Source of the DNA: Tricharina praecox
Taxonomy: Eukaryota
Length of the DNA stretch: 64,000 bases
Direction: 5' to 3'
Assembly (NCBI RefSeq): GCF_024521635.1
Contig: NW_026250415.1
Coordinates: forward strand, 558,001-622,000
Below the pieces are notes generated by a model that saw nothing but the letters and a program-made list of their open reading frames with translations, had not been told where the DNA came from and did no database searches. Below are positions 1 to 12,030 of this stretch, piece by piece (within the stretch, counting starts at the first letter, position 1; each line of letters starts with the position of its first letter). The position numbers and the translations under genes are program-made.

Positions 1-704
1 TTCTTGGCCTCTGTTACCTCCTCTTTCATCTCAGCCCCAGCCTGAGCTCCTTGCTCGGCCTTCGGACTCTCGGCCTTCTTGCCAAACTCTAGTTTGACCT
101 TCTCTCCCTCCTCACGCACCAACTCCCTTGGCCCCTCCTCCTCCTCCCGTTTCTTCTGCGCCTTCGCCCTTTCCACCATCTCCTCGATTGCCCTCCTCTC
201 CCGCACCTCATCGCCCCTCTCCATCCTCTCCTTCTTCTTAATAAACTCCTGCCGTTTCAATGCATCCGGCGAATTGTCGATCCAAGCAACCATGAGGCCT
301 CTCTCCCCGTCCTCAACTCTGCAAACCCCCTCCCTTCCCAAGAATTTCACGAACTCACCAAGCGTAACCCACTTGGTACTGGTCATGTGAACATGTTCCT
401 TATTGGCAATGTACTCCTGATAGAACCTATTTGCATCGATTTTCTTCTCGCCATGGGAGGAGCGCAAAAGCGTCAGGAAGTCGCGCTTGAACTGCTGGCT
501 GTACTGTTCGATGAACTTTTTCGGATCCTCGCCGACCAGCAACATCTGCCGGATATGCGCTTCGCTCGAGGTGTGGCACTTGAACCCGTTCTCGTCACGC
601 ATTTGCCGCTCGCAGACCTGGCAGTACCATCGGAGGCGTTGCAGGCCTTTCGATTTCATCTGGTTCGCGAGGTGCTTGGTGGATCCAATTTCGGCGCGCG
701 GCAT
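1..704 (-). CDS. RTS2: KIN17/Rts2-like zinc-finger DNA/RNA-binding protein (3' end runs off the window)
   Basis: Reverse complement from ATG at 704 reads MPRAEIGSTKHLANQMKSKGLQRLRWYCQVCERQMRDENGFKCHTSSEAH, the KIN17 N-terminal zinc finger. Absent from the ORF track because no stop lies inside the window. Confidence 0.93.
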   Translation of the reverse strand, partial: MPRAEIGSTKHLANQMKSKGLQRLRWYCQVCERQMRDENGFKCHTSSEAHIRQMLLVGEDPKKFIEQYSQQFKRDFLTLLRSSHGEKKIDANRFYQEYIANKEHVHMTSTKWVTLGEFVKFLGREGVCRVEDGERGLMVAWIDNSPDALKRQEFIKKKERMERGDEVRERRAIEEMVERAKAQKKREEEEGPRELVREEGEKVKLEFGKKAESPKAEQGAQAGAEMKEEVTEAK

Positions 705-1444
705 GACGATAGTGATCTTCGGGAGGATGCGGACGTCGCGGGGCGGGGCGTGTGTTGTATGGAGGGTTGGAGGTGGTGGAGATTAGGGTGTGCTGGTGTA
801 GATGCGTAAAGTTGAGGTGAGGTGAAGTGAAGCTGCCATGCAGAGCTGTCGCGCGCTCGAGTGCCGAGACACTAACAGGCTTTAGCTTTATTTGTCATTT
901 GCCCTTGGCGCGAATGGTTGTAAATGAGGTTTCTCTGTTTTACAAAGTACCACTACTCTCAATAACTTCAAAGGCGGCCGGACACTTAGAAGAAATACCA
1001 GTCATAGAGCAGGTGTGATGTACTCGAACATTGTGACCATAAATAACCACTCCGTACTGCTGTTGGGACTGGAAGAAGCCCTTTTCCAAGCATATCAAGA
1101 TCTTTGATCAGATAACGAAGGGGGCAGAATTCCTTTTACTATTCCAGCACCAGTACTGAGTTACACCGTGACTCCGTGAGGGCGAGTTCGTTGCCCGTCA
1201 CACAATAAACAAAATATCTGCGGGACCCACTCACAAACCTTTCGTCATCTTCTCCGATCCTTCAAACCTCTCATGTATCTTCTCCATCAAGCTCCATACA
1301 TTTCTCAACATCCCCTGGAGATCACTGCCAAGCCACACTAAAACTTTCCCAATCCATCCCCATCCACTGTCCCGCCTCGCGAGAACACGCCGGACCAGGA
1401 CCCCACCATACCGCCTCACCTCCGCCGTCGTCGCCGCCTTCACA

Positions 1445-2708
1445 ATGCCCGTAAAACTCAAGCCCAAGGACATAACGTACCTCAAGAAGGGGGTACGACT
1501 ATTCCCATCTGCGCACTACATCTCCACGGGCTGACAGACTCGACCACAGACGGTCCGCCAAAACTGGTCGGTTGTAACCCTCTACAACTTGACCCGGATG
1601 CAACGGCAAAAAACAAACGGCCGTACGTTCTTCCAGCAAAAATACGCAGCGAAGCAAGAGACACGGAAGTACCACGGAGAACACCTTACCAAAAGGCAAT
1701 GGCAGAACATCTTCAAGCACTCGCTCAAATCGGTCGTGCCGATGAACACGCCGAAGTTGGCGTCGAGCGATGGGTCCGAGTATGGTGCCGGTAGAGGAAG
1801 TGGACTGGACAATGCCGAGAAGAGACGGACCATGCCAGTCCCGTATATGAACCAGACTTTTGCGCCGATGGAAAGAAGACTCGATATGGCGATTTTCAGG
1901 GCTATGTTCGCATCCTCTGCCATCCAGGCACGGCAGTTTGTTATTCATGGGTTTGTGAAAGTCAATGGAAAGAAGGTGCGTTTTGGCAAAGGGCTGCGAT
2001 GGTTGGCGGGCATATGGACGGGTTATTAATGATTGGACAGATGCCATACCCACAGTACATGCTCAACCCCGGCGACATGTTCAGCGTCGACCTCGAGAAG
2101 GTCCTCTTCGCGACTGGCGCGCCGAAGGGCCTACCCACCAGTCTCAACCCCCGCCGTAACAGGAAGCGCAAGACAGATGACGAAGAGGCCGCCGAAGCCG
2201 TTGCCGCTACGGAGGAAACCCCCGCTGCCGCTGCCACCCCCGCCGCCAAAGACGCTGCCACCCCGGAAGCAACGAAGAAGGGCAAGGGCAAGGCTGCGGC
2301 CGAGGTTAAGCCCAGTGTGAGCATGGGCGAAGATACGAGTGAGGAGGCTACTGCGGAGAAGAAAGAGGAGTTCAATAAGGAGAAGGAAACGTCGAAGGGC
2401 ATCAACTGGTGGGACCATGAAACCCGTGATAAGATTTTCGACCCCCTCAAGCCTTACCGTACGCCGTGGCGGCCGAGGTACTACCTGAGTGCTTTTGCTT
2501 TTATCCCGAAGTATTTGGAGGTCAACCACAGCATTGGGCATGCCGTGTATCTGAGGGATCCTGTGGCTAGCCCTGGGCTCAGCGAGGTACGTTGTGCTGT
2601 GGTGATGATAGTGGAGTGGGGAGAAATGCTGATCCGGAATAGGTGCCGACGCCGTTTCACGGTGAGACGTTACAGCTCGCATATAACTGGTTCCTTCGAC
2701 GGAGGTAG
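1445..2708 (+). CDS. NAM9: Mitochondrial small-subunit ribosomal protein uS4m
   Basis: Exons 1445-1492, 1550-1975, 2041-2586, 2643-2708 (GT-AG, in frame). S4 domain [34 protein letters not shown]-terminal PWRPR...[10 protein letters not shown]...YLRDP...YNWFLRRR. Confidence 0.93.
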
Positions 2709-3606
2709 TCATGTGCGAGGGCGACGCTGGTGATGGTGCATCTTGTACATTATGAAAACCGATAGAGTACCCCTCGGGCTTGCGCATGTAGAATACTGTA
2801 TAATACCCGAGTTGTGGCCGGTTCAGGCTCTAGGACCCGTTTTTCGTCCCTTTGGCACCACTTTCCCGCTCCTCCCTCCACTCCGCGTCCACGCAAACAT
2901 CCTTCTCCTCCTTTGCACGCCACTCTTGATGCGGCAGAAGACACTACACAGCTACCTTTCTTTCTTTCCCGAGTAGCAGCCATAGTGCAGTGAGTATTCG
3001 AGACGATGGTCGAGGTACAGAATCCTCTCGTATCAGTAACAGTTCGCTCTCACCGATGGCGGTATTGGAACGATAATCACATCAGCTACAGTCATCAGCG
3101 TATCTGTATGGTCCGTAACGGATAACCGGCAAGGCCGAAAAGATTCGCTCAGTACAACTGAACCCGTACTGAGCAGTGTTTTACATAGTCCAGTCCGTCC
3201 GTTTTTAAGTTATGTATGGGACAGGACTGCCGAGATACATACGGATGGAGATCAGACGGAGATAGGTATCAAACAGAAGATCGAAGCGACTCTCCATACC
3301 TAGAAATCGAGTACATAACAGAGTAGATTAAGCGAATGGTGGTGAGCGGCCAAATTTAGTCCTCCCACAAGCCCAACTCATAATGAGCGAGCTGCGGAAT
3401 TCCAAGTGGAGTGAGAGTGCATGAGACGAAGTGAGGGTACTCTAGATTCTCTTAGGTAAGTGTGTATCCGAATCATCTCGCATGAGCCGTTCACGAGTGC
3501 AGCCCCCATCTTACACGCCCACGCCGACGCCCCGTGCGCAACACGACTTCCTAGCTTCACCCCACCAACACCCACGACACGAGCAACAACAACGACAACA
3601 CCAACA

Positions 3607-4056
3607 ATGGCTGACCGCCTAACGCAACTCCAAGACGCCGTCGACCAAATCGCGACACAATTCTTCTCCGCGATCCGCTACATCGGCACGCACCACGACG
3701 CCGTCCCTGTCGGCAACGAAGCAAAAGTCACCGACGAGAACGCGACCATCGATACGCCGGAAGTATTCGAATGTACCCCGCCCACCCTAGCTCCTCCTAT
3801 GGTTCGGTGCTGATGCGCAGCCACAGCCAGGATGAGCGAACTCGCCCGCGACCTGATCATAAAGTCCAAGCAGATCGAAGTCTTGATTACTACGCTCCCC
3901 GGCATCGGCGTGAGTGAGGATGACCAGCAGGCTCGACTTCGAAGCCTGGAGGCGCAATTGAAGGAGGCGGAGGAGGAGCGCGTCAAGAGTGTACAGGAAA
4001 AGGAAGATGCTCGAGTCAGGCTCGAGAGTGTGGTTGTCAAACTACGGAGGGTATAA
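3607..4056 (+). CDS. SRB7: Mediator subunit Med21
   Basis: [14 protein letters not shown]...[24 protein letters not shown]; one intron from 3773 to 3820 or 3826. Confidence 0.93.
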
Positions 4057-4214
4057 GGCGCCTGCGTGAGGTGTGGAGTTTTTATGGCGTTTCGGGTGTT
4101 TAGGGTGGATTTTCTACTCAATTGATGATGATATTTGTTTTACAATGTGGTACATCCAGCATCCCCCGATGGGCGTGCCAATTCCCGTCTCAGCATTCAC
4201 GCCCAACCGCCAAT

Positions 4215-4600
4215 TTAACTCTCGCCATTCTCGGCTTTCCACTTCGACAGGAATACGGAACCGTTAATCGGGTGCTGGTCGGTTCCGTACCGTCCTCGTG
4301 TAGGCTTCATCTTCATGGTGACAAAGGGCGTCAACTGTTTCCCGCGCCGATCAGCCCCAGCCCACATACATTTTACCACAATCCACCACCCATAGAACCC
4401 ACCTCAAACCCGGACAAATCGGGACACTTGTACGTGCGAACTTTCTCCCAGTCGATCTTGAAGCCTCCGTACTTTGTGTGCGAACCCATCTTCCCGGATC
4501 CGGTACCCTTGTAGTATCCGCCGTTGACCATCTTCGTCGTCAGCCTGAGCCGACGAATTCCGGTTGTGGAGCGCGCGAGGAATGAGGTGGTCGGTTGCAT
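4215..4600 (-). CDS. MRPL27: Mitochondrial large-subunit ribosomal protein mL41
   Basis: RRLRLTTKMVNGGYYKGTGSGKMGSHTKYGGFKIDWEKVRTY; intron 4335-4402; exon 2 LTPFV...KWKAENGES*. Confidence 0.92.
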
Positions 4601-4811
4601 CGTGGCAGTCGGTGATGGTTCGCTTGGTGGGGGTGTTTGCGAGATGTCGTGAGTGAGTGGAAAGTTCAAGACCTTCTTCAGCCGGGGGTAGGTTTGGTCG
4701 GGGTTGTTAAGCGAAGCACTCCTAGTTTCCATGTTAGCGGGCCATCCAAACACGAACCTGCAGAAACCTCCATCTCACATATTTTCTCTCTTTCTACGTT
4801 CGTACACATCA

Positions 4812-7181
4812 ATGCGCCGAACATTCACCCGTTTGCTTCTTAAAACCTCATGGGTCCCTCGTCTACGGCTGCCACATTCGCCACTGCTACAGTTATCATG
4901 TCGTCTTCTCACAACTACCGCATCCCGGTGTGCGAAAAAGAGGAGGAACACGACCCCACCACCGCCGCCTTCGCCGCCAGCGGAACCCCTACCGCCCCTC
5001 CAGCTCCGTTCTTACCAAGAGGAATGTATCGAATCTGTGCTCCAGCACGTCAATGAAGGGCACCGACGCATGGGAGTTTCTCTCGCCACTGGCAGCGGTA
5101 AAACCGTCTTGCTCCCCGTCCCGACTTCTATCCAACTCTTCGACTGACCTCCACAGGTGATCTTTACCCAGCTAATATCGCGGCTGTCGCACCCTGAGCG
5201 GCCGGAGGAAGCAACACAAACCTTAATCCTGGCGCATAGAACCGAACTTGTCCAGCAGGCGGCGGAACAATGTCGGCGGCAGTATCCAAATGCAACGATC
5301 GAAATCGAGATGGCGTCGGCACATTCTTCGGGCATGGCAGATATTACGGTGGCCTCCATTGCGAGCATTACTAGTGGCGACCGACTGCTGAAATTTGATC
5401 CGACCAAGTTCAAACTTATCTTGATCGACGAGGCGCACCATGCCGTTGCGGCAAGGTATATGGCCACATTGGATCATTTTGGCGTGCTGCATATGGATGA
5501 GGGAAAGAGAGCGGACAAGCCAGTGGTTGTAGGCGTGTCGGCAACCCTGGCGAGGAATGATGGGCTTGCGCTGGCAAAGGTGTTGGATTACATTGTTTAC
5601 CACCGCGACTATGTCGACATGATCGAAGACAACTGGTTATCACAGGTGAAGTTCACGACGGTCAAGACGAATGTGGATTTATCGCGGGTGAAGGGCACTG
5701 GTGGGGATTTTGCAGTGGGAGAACTTTCAAAGGCAGTGAATACCGAGACGACGAATGAAATCACCGTACGGTCGTGGCTGGAAAAGGCGCAGGAGAGGAA
5801 ATCAACCATCGTTTTTTGCGTCGATATTGCGCATGTCGAGGAGCTTACGGCGAAGTTCCGACAGTGCGGTATCAATGCCCACCCGGTTACTAGCAATACT
5901 CCGCCGCAGGATCGACGCGAAAGGCTGGATGCTTTCCGCAAGGGGGAGTACCAGGTCCTGGTCAACTGTGGTGTTTTCACCGAAGGAACGGATATCCCCA
6001 ACATCGACTGTGTTCTACTAGCACGGCCTACTAAGTCCCGCAACCTCCTCGTACAGATGATTGGCCGCGGAATGCGACTCCATCCAGGCAAGAAGGACTG
6101 CCACATCATCGACATGGTTGGCAGCGTCGAGCGGGGGATAGTAACAGTGCCCACTCTCCTCGGCTTAGACCCCGACGAGATCCTTGAGGGCGAGAGCATT
6201 GAGCAAGCAAAAGAGCGCATCAGTTCCGCGCCCGCAAAGAATGTTCACACGCAGGACGACCGCCCAGCTACCGTAACTTTCGACGACTACCCAGATGTGT
6301 TCTCTCTCCTGGCCGACAGTCATCAAGATAAGCATGTCCGACGGATCTCGCAGCTTGCCTGGGTGGCAATAAGCGGGCACACCCAAATTCTTTCACTCCG
6401 TGGCGGCCACATTAAGATATCACCCGTGTACCCCACGCCCGGCTCCACCTCCGATCCCACCTTCATTGTAACCGAAACTATCGCCCTTCCGATCGAACTG
6501 ACTAAAGGCCGCAAAGATGTCCCGTTCGCCAAGCCACGTCTTCTTGCTGAAGCCCCAAACATCGACGCAGCTGTGCGCGCGGCCGACACGTATGCACTGA
6601 GCAAGTATCCGCGATCCCTCCTTATCCACGCGGCTCCCTGGCGCAGCGCCCCCGCCACCGAGGGACAACTCAAGATCTTGAGCAAAATGAAACTCGAGAA
6701 ATCACTCGATGGGATCACGAAGGGAAAGGCGGGTGATATGATCACACGGATGAAACATGGCGGCATGGCGAGGTGGAACATGATCGAGAAGGAGCGTCGC
6801 AGGGTCGAGAGGGAGAACGAACGTGACGAGAAACTCCGCGCGCGCGGAAGGGTCGAGGTCGGCGCGCTGCTCAAACATACCCCCGACTCGGAAACACCGA
6901 AGAAACAGAAGAAACCGGCCAAGGAGGATAATAGCATGGATTTTTCCCCTGTTTTCACCGCCGGAGGGTTTTCGAACATCGACGTAACAGAAACACTTGA
7001 GGAAGCGTTAGGATTGCCCGCGCACAGCAAGAGCGACGAGAAGAAGAAGAAGAGGGTGGTGAAGCTACAGGAGGGGCAGCAGGAGACAATAGTGGGGAAG
7101 GAGACGAAGGCGATGTTGGAAAGGGCGAATGCTGAGTGGAGCACGGCGGGGTCGATGGATAATTTGACGCGTGTAGTGTAA
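4812..7181 (+). CDS. IRC3: Mitochondrial SF2 DExH-box helicase Irc3
   Basis: Arg/Ser/Leu-rich presequence, [20 protein letters not shown] (intron 5106-5156), [27 protein letters not shown]. Confidence 0.9.
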
Positions 7182-8426
7182 TAGATTTGTACATTGGAGT
7201 TTGACCGCTGGAACGGGTGTGCAATTACTTATGTATCTCCCCGGGTGGGAGGCAGTCTCAGAGGTGTCGAATTTCTCAGGATGAATAGCACGAGATTACG
7301 GATCGAAACAATTGCGTGATGAATGGACATGTAGAAATTCTACCCGATCACACCACTGCCACCGACACACCAATTGTATCATACGAAATTGCAAGGCTCC
7401 TCCAGGCTCACTCTCTCGCTCATCAATCACAGAATGCGTTATGTATGGAATTCCTTTCCCCGCATAGTTGTATCATACCTTCATTCCTCAGCACATGCGT
7501 ACCTATATAAAGTGAGGGGCCATGCCCCGCACCCCACCCTCCATTCCACCCCTTGCTAGAGATTTCCCCACATCAACCCTCGGATCTAATCGAAAACTTT
7601 GATAGCCCCAGTTATCTCGTACTGGCAAAGATGAATCAATTTTCGAAGCCAGGGGATGAGGACGGATGGAATGCGTTTTGTCTGGTTTGGGTCAATAGTT
7701 AAGACGTGGTGGTTGAGACTTGGAAGTGAAGTGAAGAAATATACTCTGCCGATAGCCAGTAGGTACATTGCGATCACTGACAGCTACCAGCTCGGAATGG
7801 AGGTTGAGACCGAGATGTGCGGTGGAGAGGAATGGCGGTGGACGATATCTGTATGGGTTTGTTTCGTCGTACGATAGGCATTGCGCGAGCCCTGCTAATA
7901 TCATGGGAAATATGTATGTACGTACAATCTCCTTATGATCAGGTTCGCAGTCTAGGTAGAATGGCCGGTGCAGCGACCCGCTTCTTTTCCCAACCCTTTC
8001 CGCTGAATGGAAGTTACCCTCGACAGCGGGCAGCCTGCGGACGAAGTGCTGAGTGAGTTTTCATGATGAATTGCTCCTCGAGCAATTCAGGTACCATGTA
8101 CCAGGCACCTCCCTCCCATGACCCCGCGTGCGGAGTAATAAGTGCACGCCTAAACAAGTGCACGTCTAAAGAAGTGTTCACGAGACAATTTAAGGGGATG
8201 CCACGTAGAATGCAATCGGAGGGAAATTCGAAAGGATTGGGGATCCAAGTTTTCTTCCAACGTTCCCAGTTATTTTGACCAGAAGCGGCCCATACCATCG
8301 AGCAGTGATAGATATGCACTAGCCAAATTCCAACCCAGTGGTGGTGGGGTAGGTAGCAAAGCTCTGGGCTGTGATGGTGTAGTGTGAGGAGAAGAAGCAA
8401 CAAAGACCGTCCTCATAAGGAACCGT

Positions 8427-9803
8427 ATGGGATGTGGAGCGACCGTTCCTCCGGAAAACAAAAACGACAGTCATTCGATGCCACGGCTGCAAATCATGGA
8501 CCGCGTCCGCCGTGTCTTCCTTGTCGAGAGCCTCAGCTCGATCTCCAGCGCAGGCGAACAGCCCAAACGGAAGAGGCTGAAACAACAGAGATCGGAGCCG
8601 GCTTTGAGGCCGATGCAGCCGAGGGACGAGGGAACGAAACAGCAGTGCGTGCCGGTGTTGCTGGCCGGTCCGTACAGACATGCGTCTATCGACGCATTGA
8701 TATCACCGTCAACATCGGAGAGAAGGGTTTCCACACCCAAAGATGGCCTACCAACGACGATTACGCTGCCGTTCAGGCAGACGCATCTTTCCAAACGAAT
8801 CCGAAAGCCGACGATAGAGATTGTGACCACGCCGTGCACTCCTACCCAGCTGGAGCCAAAGAAGAACAGGCTAGAGCAAAGTCCCGGACCACTCCTCCAT
8901 CTCGTCGAGCAGCAGGCCGGCTTCATGAACGAGCAGCAAATCATCATTTCGCAGCTCATTCGACACCTCGAGCGAATGGACATGCTCCTGCGGTCTCAGC
9001 AGTGCATGACGGCACAATACAAGACATTGCCGACGCCACCGTCACCCCCACCTGCAGAAACAAAAGACGCCACGACATCGACCTCAACACCGACGGGAAC
9101 CCCGACCCCAAGCCGAGCCCCCACTCCATTTCATCCGTACAACCTACTGGGCGCCCCCGATTACCGTTCCGTCTCCGCGCCTCCATGCGAATATCTTGCC
9201 CACATCACCACGACCACCCCGCGCTCCTCCTACGGCCCGCCTATCTCGCTCCAATCCGACGAGTCCGCCGCGGCACTCGACCGGATCGCGGAAGAAATCG
9301 CGGACACCTACGACGCACTCTCAATCTGTTCGCAGCACGCAGACACCGTCCCCTGCAGCCGCACCAGCGTCGGCGCACACTCCACCGAGTTCCACGCATA
9401 CACGAACATCACGCCACCCAGCGAGCACTCTGGCTTTCCCACCGCGCCCTCCTCCTGCCACGTCTCGCGGACATCCGACTACTCGACGCTGAACCGGATC
9501 CACCACGTGCAAAGGGTCGCACCGCTGAAACACTCCCGCTCCACCGCAGATATGGACGGCATGAGGATCCCCGAGCTGGGATGCGAGCCCGAGAGCCCCG
9601 TGCTGCCGAAGAGCACCGGAGAGCTTACGCCGCCGATTTCGCCCACCGTGGCGGCCGTAGAGTGTGGGAGGCTGCCGCCGGTTGCGCGCGGGGATGGCAG
9701 GGGTGACGGGAGTTGGGGTCAGTGGTATCAGGGGTCTGATGGGAGGTTTTATTGTCGGGCGTCGGGCGCGGGCGCGGAGCTGCACGAGGGAGGGTATATA
9801 TAG
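8427..9803 (+). CDS. Hypothetical Pro/Ser/Thr-rich, largely disordered protein
   Basis: 458-codon ATG-started ORF with a short coiled-coil-like segment (QQIIISQLIRHLERMDMLLRSQQ); no recognisable domain; start codon uncertain. Confidence 0.55.
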   Translation: MGCGATVPPENKNDSHSMPRLQIMDRVRRVFLVESLSSISSAGEQPKRKRLKQQRSEPALRPMQPRDEGTKQQCVPVLLAGPYRHASIDALISPSTSERRVSTPKDGLPTTITLPFRQTHLSKRIRKPTIEIVTTPCTPTQLEPKKNRLEQSPGPLLHLVEQQAGFMNEQQIIISQLIRHLERMDMLLRSQQCMTAQYKTLPTPPSPPPAETKDATTSTSTPTGTPTPSRAPTPFHPYNLLGAPDYRSVSAPPCEYLAHITTTTPRSSYGPPISLQSDESAAALDRIAEEIADTYDALSICSQHADTVPCSRTSVGAHSTEFHAYTNITPPSEHSGFPTAPSSCHVSRTSDYSTLNRIHHVQRVAPLKHSRSTADMDGMRIPELGCEPESPVLPKSTGELTPPISPTVAAVECGRLPPVARGDGRGDGSWGQWYQGSDGRFYCRASGAGAELHEGGYI

Positions 9804-10334
9804 ATTTGTAAACATTGTCTTGGCTTGCTGCGTCTGTTTAAATGTGCTGAGTGATTGCCTGGTTGGTGCGTTTTCGACTTGTAAGTTGTGGTAGCTTTTC
9901 GGATGCTGATGTTTCTATGAGCCCGAGGAGTGTGGTGGGCATGACATGTGAGCGGCGAGTTTTCTGTAGCATCGGGGGAAAAATATATTGCGTTGAGTGC
10001 GTGTAAATACTAGACGGTCCTAATGCACCCAACAAGAAACCCCTATTCTTTCAGCCGTAGGTTATAGAGCTTGAAGACGAGTAATGGGATCGTCTTGAGA
10101 CTCGCAACTTTTGGTTTTTGGTTTATTATTCTTCAATTCGGTAGATAGAGTACCTGCATTTATTTCCGCAACCGACTAATCGCTAGCAAACAGCGAGTGC
10201 TGGACCATGACCAAAACCTTGAGACCGGCGTGCGGGTGATGTGGTTTAATACGGTTCTCGGCAACATACTCGGGGACTTCAGACATTAGCGCTCGATTCC
10301 TACTCGCTGATTCCGCAAGCTCATCGATTATCCT

Positions 10335-12030
10335 TCCGAGATATCTCCGGGTTGTTGCCGAAGAGTCCGTGGATGCTCAAACGTTGGTATGATAGGTAGG
10401 GTATGGACCGCTGGTTGGTTCCTTACCTTAAGCTCACAGACTATACGTCCGAGATATCTCCGGGTTGTTTGCGAAGAGTCTCCGACGAGTCTGCCGCTTA
10501 GAGCATTGAGGTCACCGCTCCACTGCTAAGGCAAATAGAGTACACGCTTCAACGCCGAACGTGCACACGGCCCGTGCTTGCTATACAGTGGACCCACGCT
10601 TGCATGTACTACCAACTAGTACCAAACGTGTCCGAGGCCACTTGGGACTCATCTTAGGTCGCTTGAGGCGCACCACCGGCGACACAATCTATAGTGTCGG
10701 TGACATTAAGCCTGGCGTGGCTTTGTGGCTGGTTACATCTGTGAGTCTCATCACAAGTTTACCTCGCAGTCCGGCGCTGGCTCGGCGTGGCTCGGCGTGG
10801 CTATGTGGCGGGTCACCACCGACCAAGGCAAGAATATCTCGCCTCTCAGATGGGGGGTTTTTTTGGGGAAGGGGACAGGATGTTTTCTGCTTGGTTCGGG
10901 TTTAGAACACGGCCTCGAGTATGGACTCTACCTAAGGATGTTTTCCACTGCTGATAGGACGGCAGTGTATGGGAGATGACCGGGTTGACGTCTGTCGAAC
11001 ACACGACTCGAGATCAATGCCACGTTGCCTCAGATAAGGCTGGTACAAGCGTAACACTGTCAAAGCCCTTGGCGGTGGAACGGTGACCTCAACAGCGGAC
11101 CCGTCGGCGACATTTCGGACTCATCTGGAGGATGTATGTTTCCGAAGACTTTCCGAAGACTTTCCGAAGACTTTCCGAAAAGATTCCTCGGAGATATCTC
11201 GGAGGACAACTGGACGTGCATTTTTAGTGGAGTAGGCATCAGTCAACGGCGGCTCAAGCGCTGGAGTAAGCGCTCAGACGGTCCGTCGTAGTGTGTAGCG
11301 GTAGCGGCATCTACAAGTACTACCTAGAGTATACACTTGGGCATAATGGCGACACCGCAACACCGCGATGACACTGTGGATGCCATTACGACGGCTGGAA
11401 TTTTGCCTCTGATGTTTTTACATACGAGGCGAACAGTGCGGAATCGTGGTTTAATCGTCATGGCATTGGTAGATCATGGCCGAGTACCTAGAGTACATAC
11501 GGTGTGATCCCTTTTCTCTCCACCCTTGGCCACACCTCCGCCCACTCTATGCTCCCCCGTGGGAATGGGGTTGGTGGCGGTACATAATACGTGGGTGCGG
11601 GAGGTTCCGGCCGGCTTGTATGTATCTACTCTACCTGTGGCACTGAGGGCGTGTGTCCGTGACTCCGTAGGGAGTGCTGGCAATAACCACGCCCAATACT
11701 CCGTTTTCTTGGCTAAGTTCCATGATCCAAGTTCCAACGCACGAATAATATATATCTATAGATGTGATTGGTGTGCGGAGACATACTCGGACACTTCGAA
11801 TCCCAAGCGCTCAAATCTGTGGCTGCCTAGTTAACCGCGATCGGTGCCAAGTTGGGCATCTATCCGAGGCGGGTAGGTACATATCACCGGATTATCTCCG
11901 AAGAGTCTCCGCAAAACGAATGCTTCAACGTAGGTATATAGGTAGTGCCTAGGTAACGGGGATTAAATGCTTCCGAGATGTCGCCGATGGGTCAGGCGAG
12001 GTGCACATCGCCGCAGGGACACAATCTGGT
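10335..12030. repeat. Degenerate dispersed repeat family, direct and inverted copies (probable non-autonomous transposon relics)
   Basis: CCGAGATATCTCCG at 10336 (+), 10449 (+), 11189-11202 (-); TTGAGGTCACCG(C/T)TCCAC(T/C)GC(T/C)AAGG at 10506 (+) and about 11066-11092 (-); CCGA(G/A)ATGTCGCCGA(T/C)GGGTC at about 11973 (+) and 11099-11119 (-); (TTTCCGAAGAC)x3 at 11139-11178. Confidence 0.6.

Noticed and set aside
3818-3830. Tandem acceptors in the MED21 intron
   Set aside because: Two in-frame CAGs differ by only two residues; likely inconsequential.
8384-9706. Second 440-aa overlapping ORF on the same strand
   Set aside because: Non-ATG start and Arg/Ala/His-rich composition typical of an off-frame read of GC-rich coding DNA.
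11139-11178. CRISPR-like or telomeric array
   Set aside because: Contiguous 11-bp repeats without spacers in a eukaryotic genome; no TTAGGG tracts seen.
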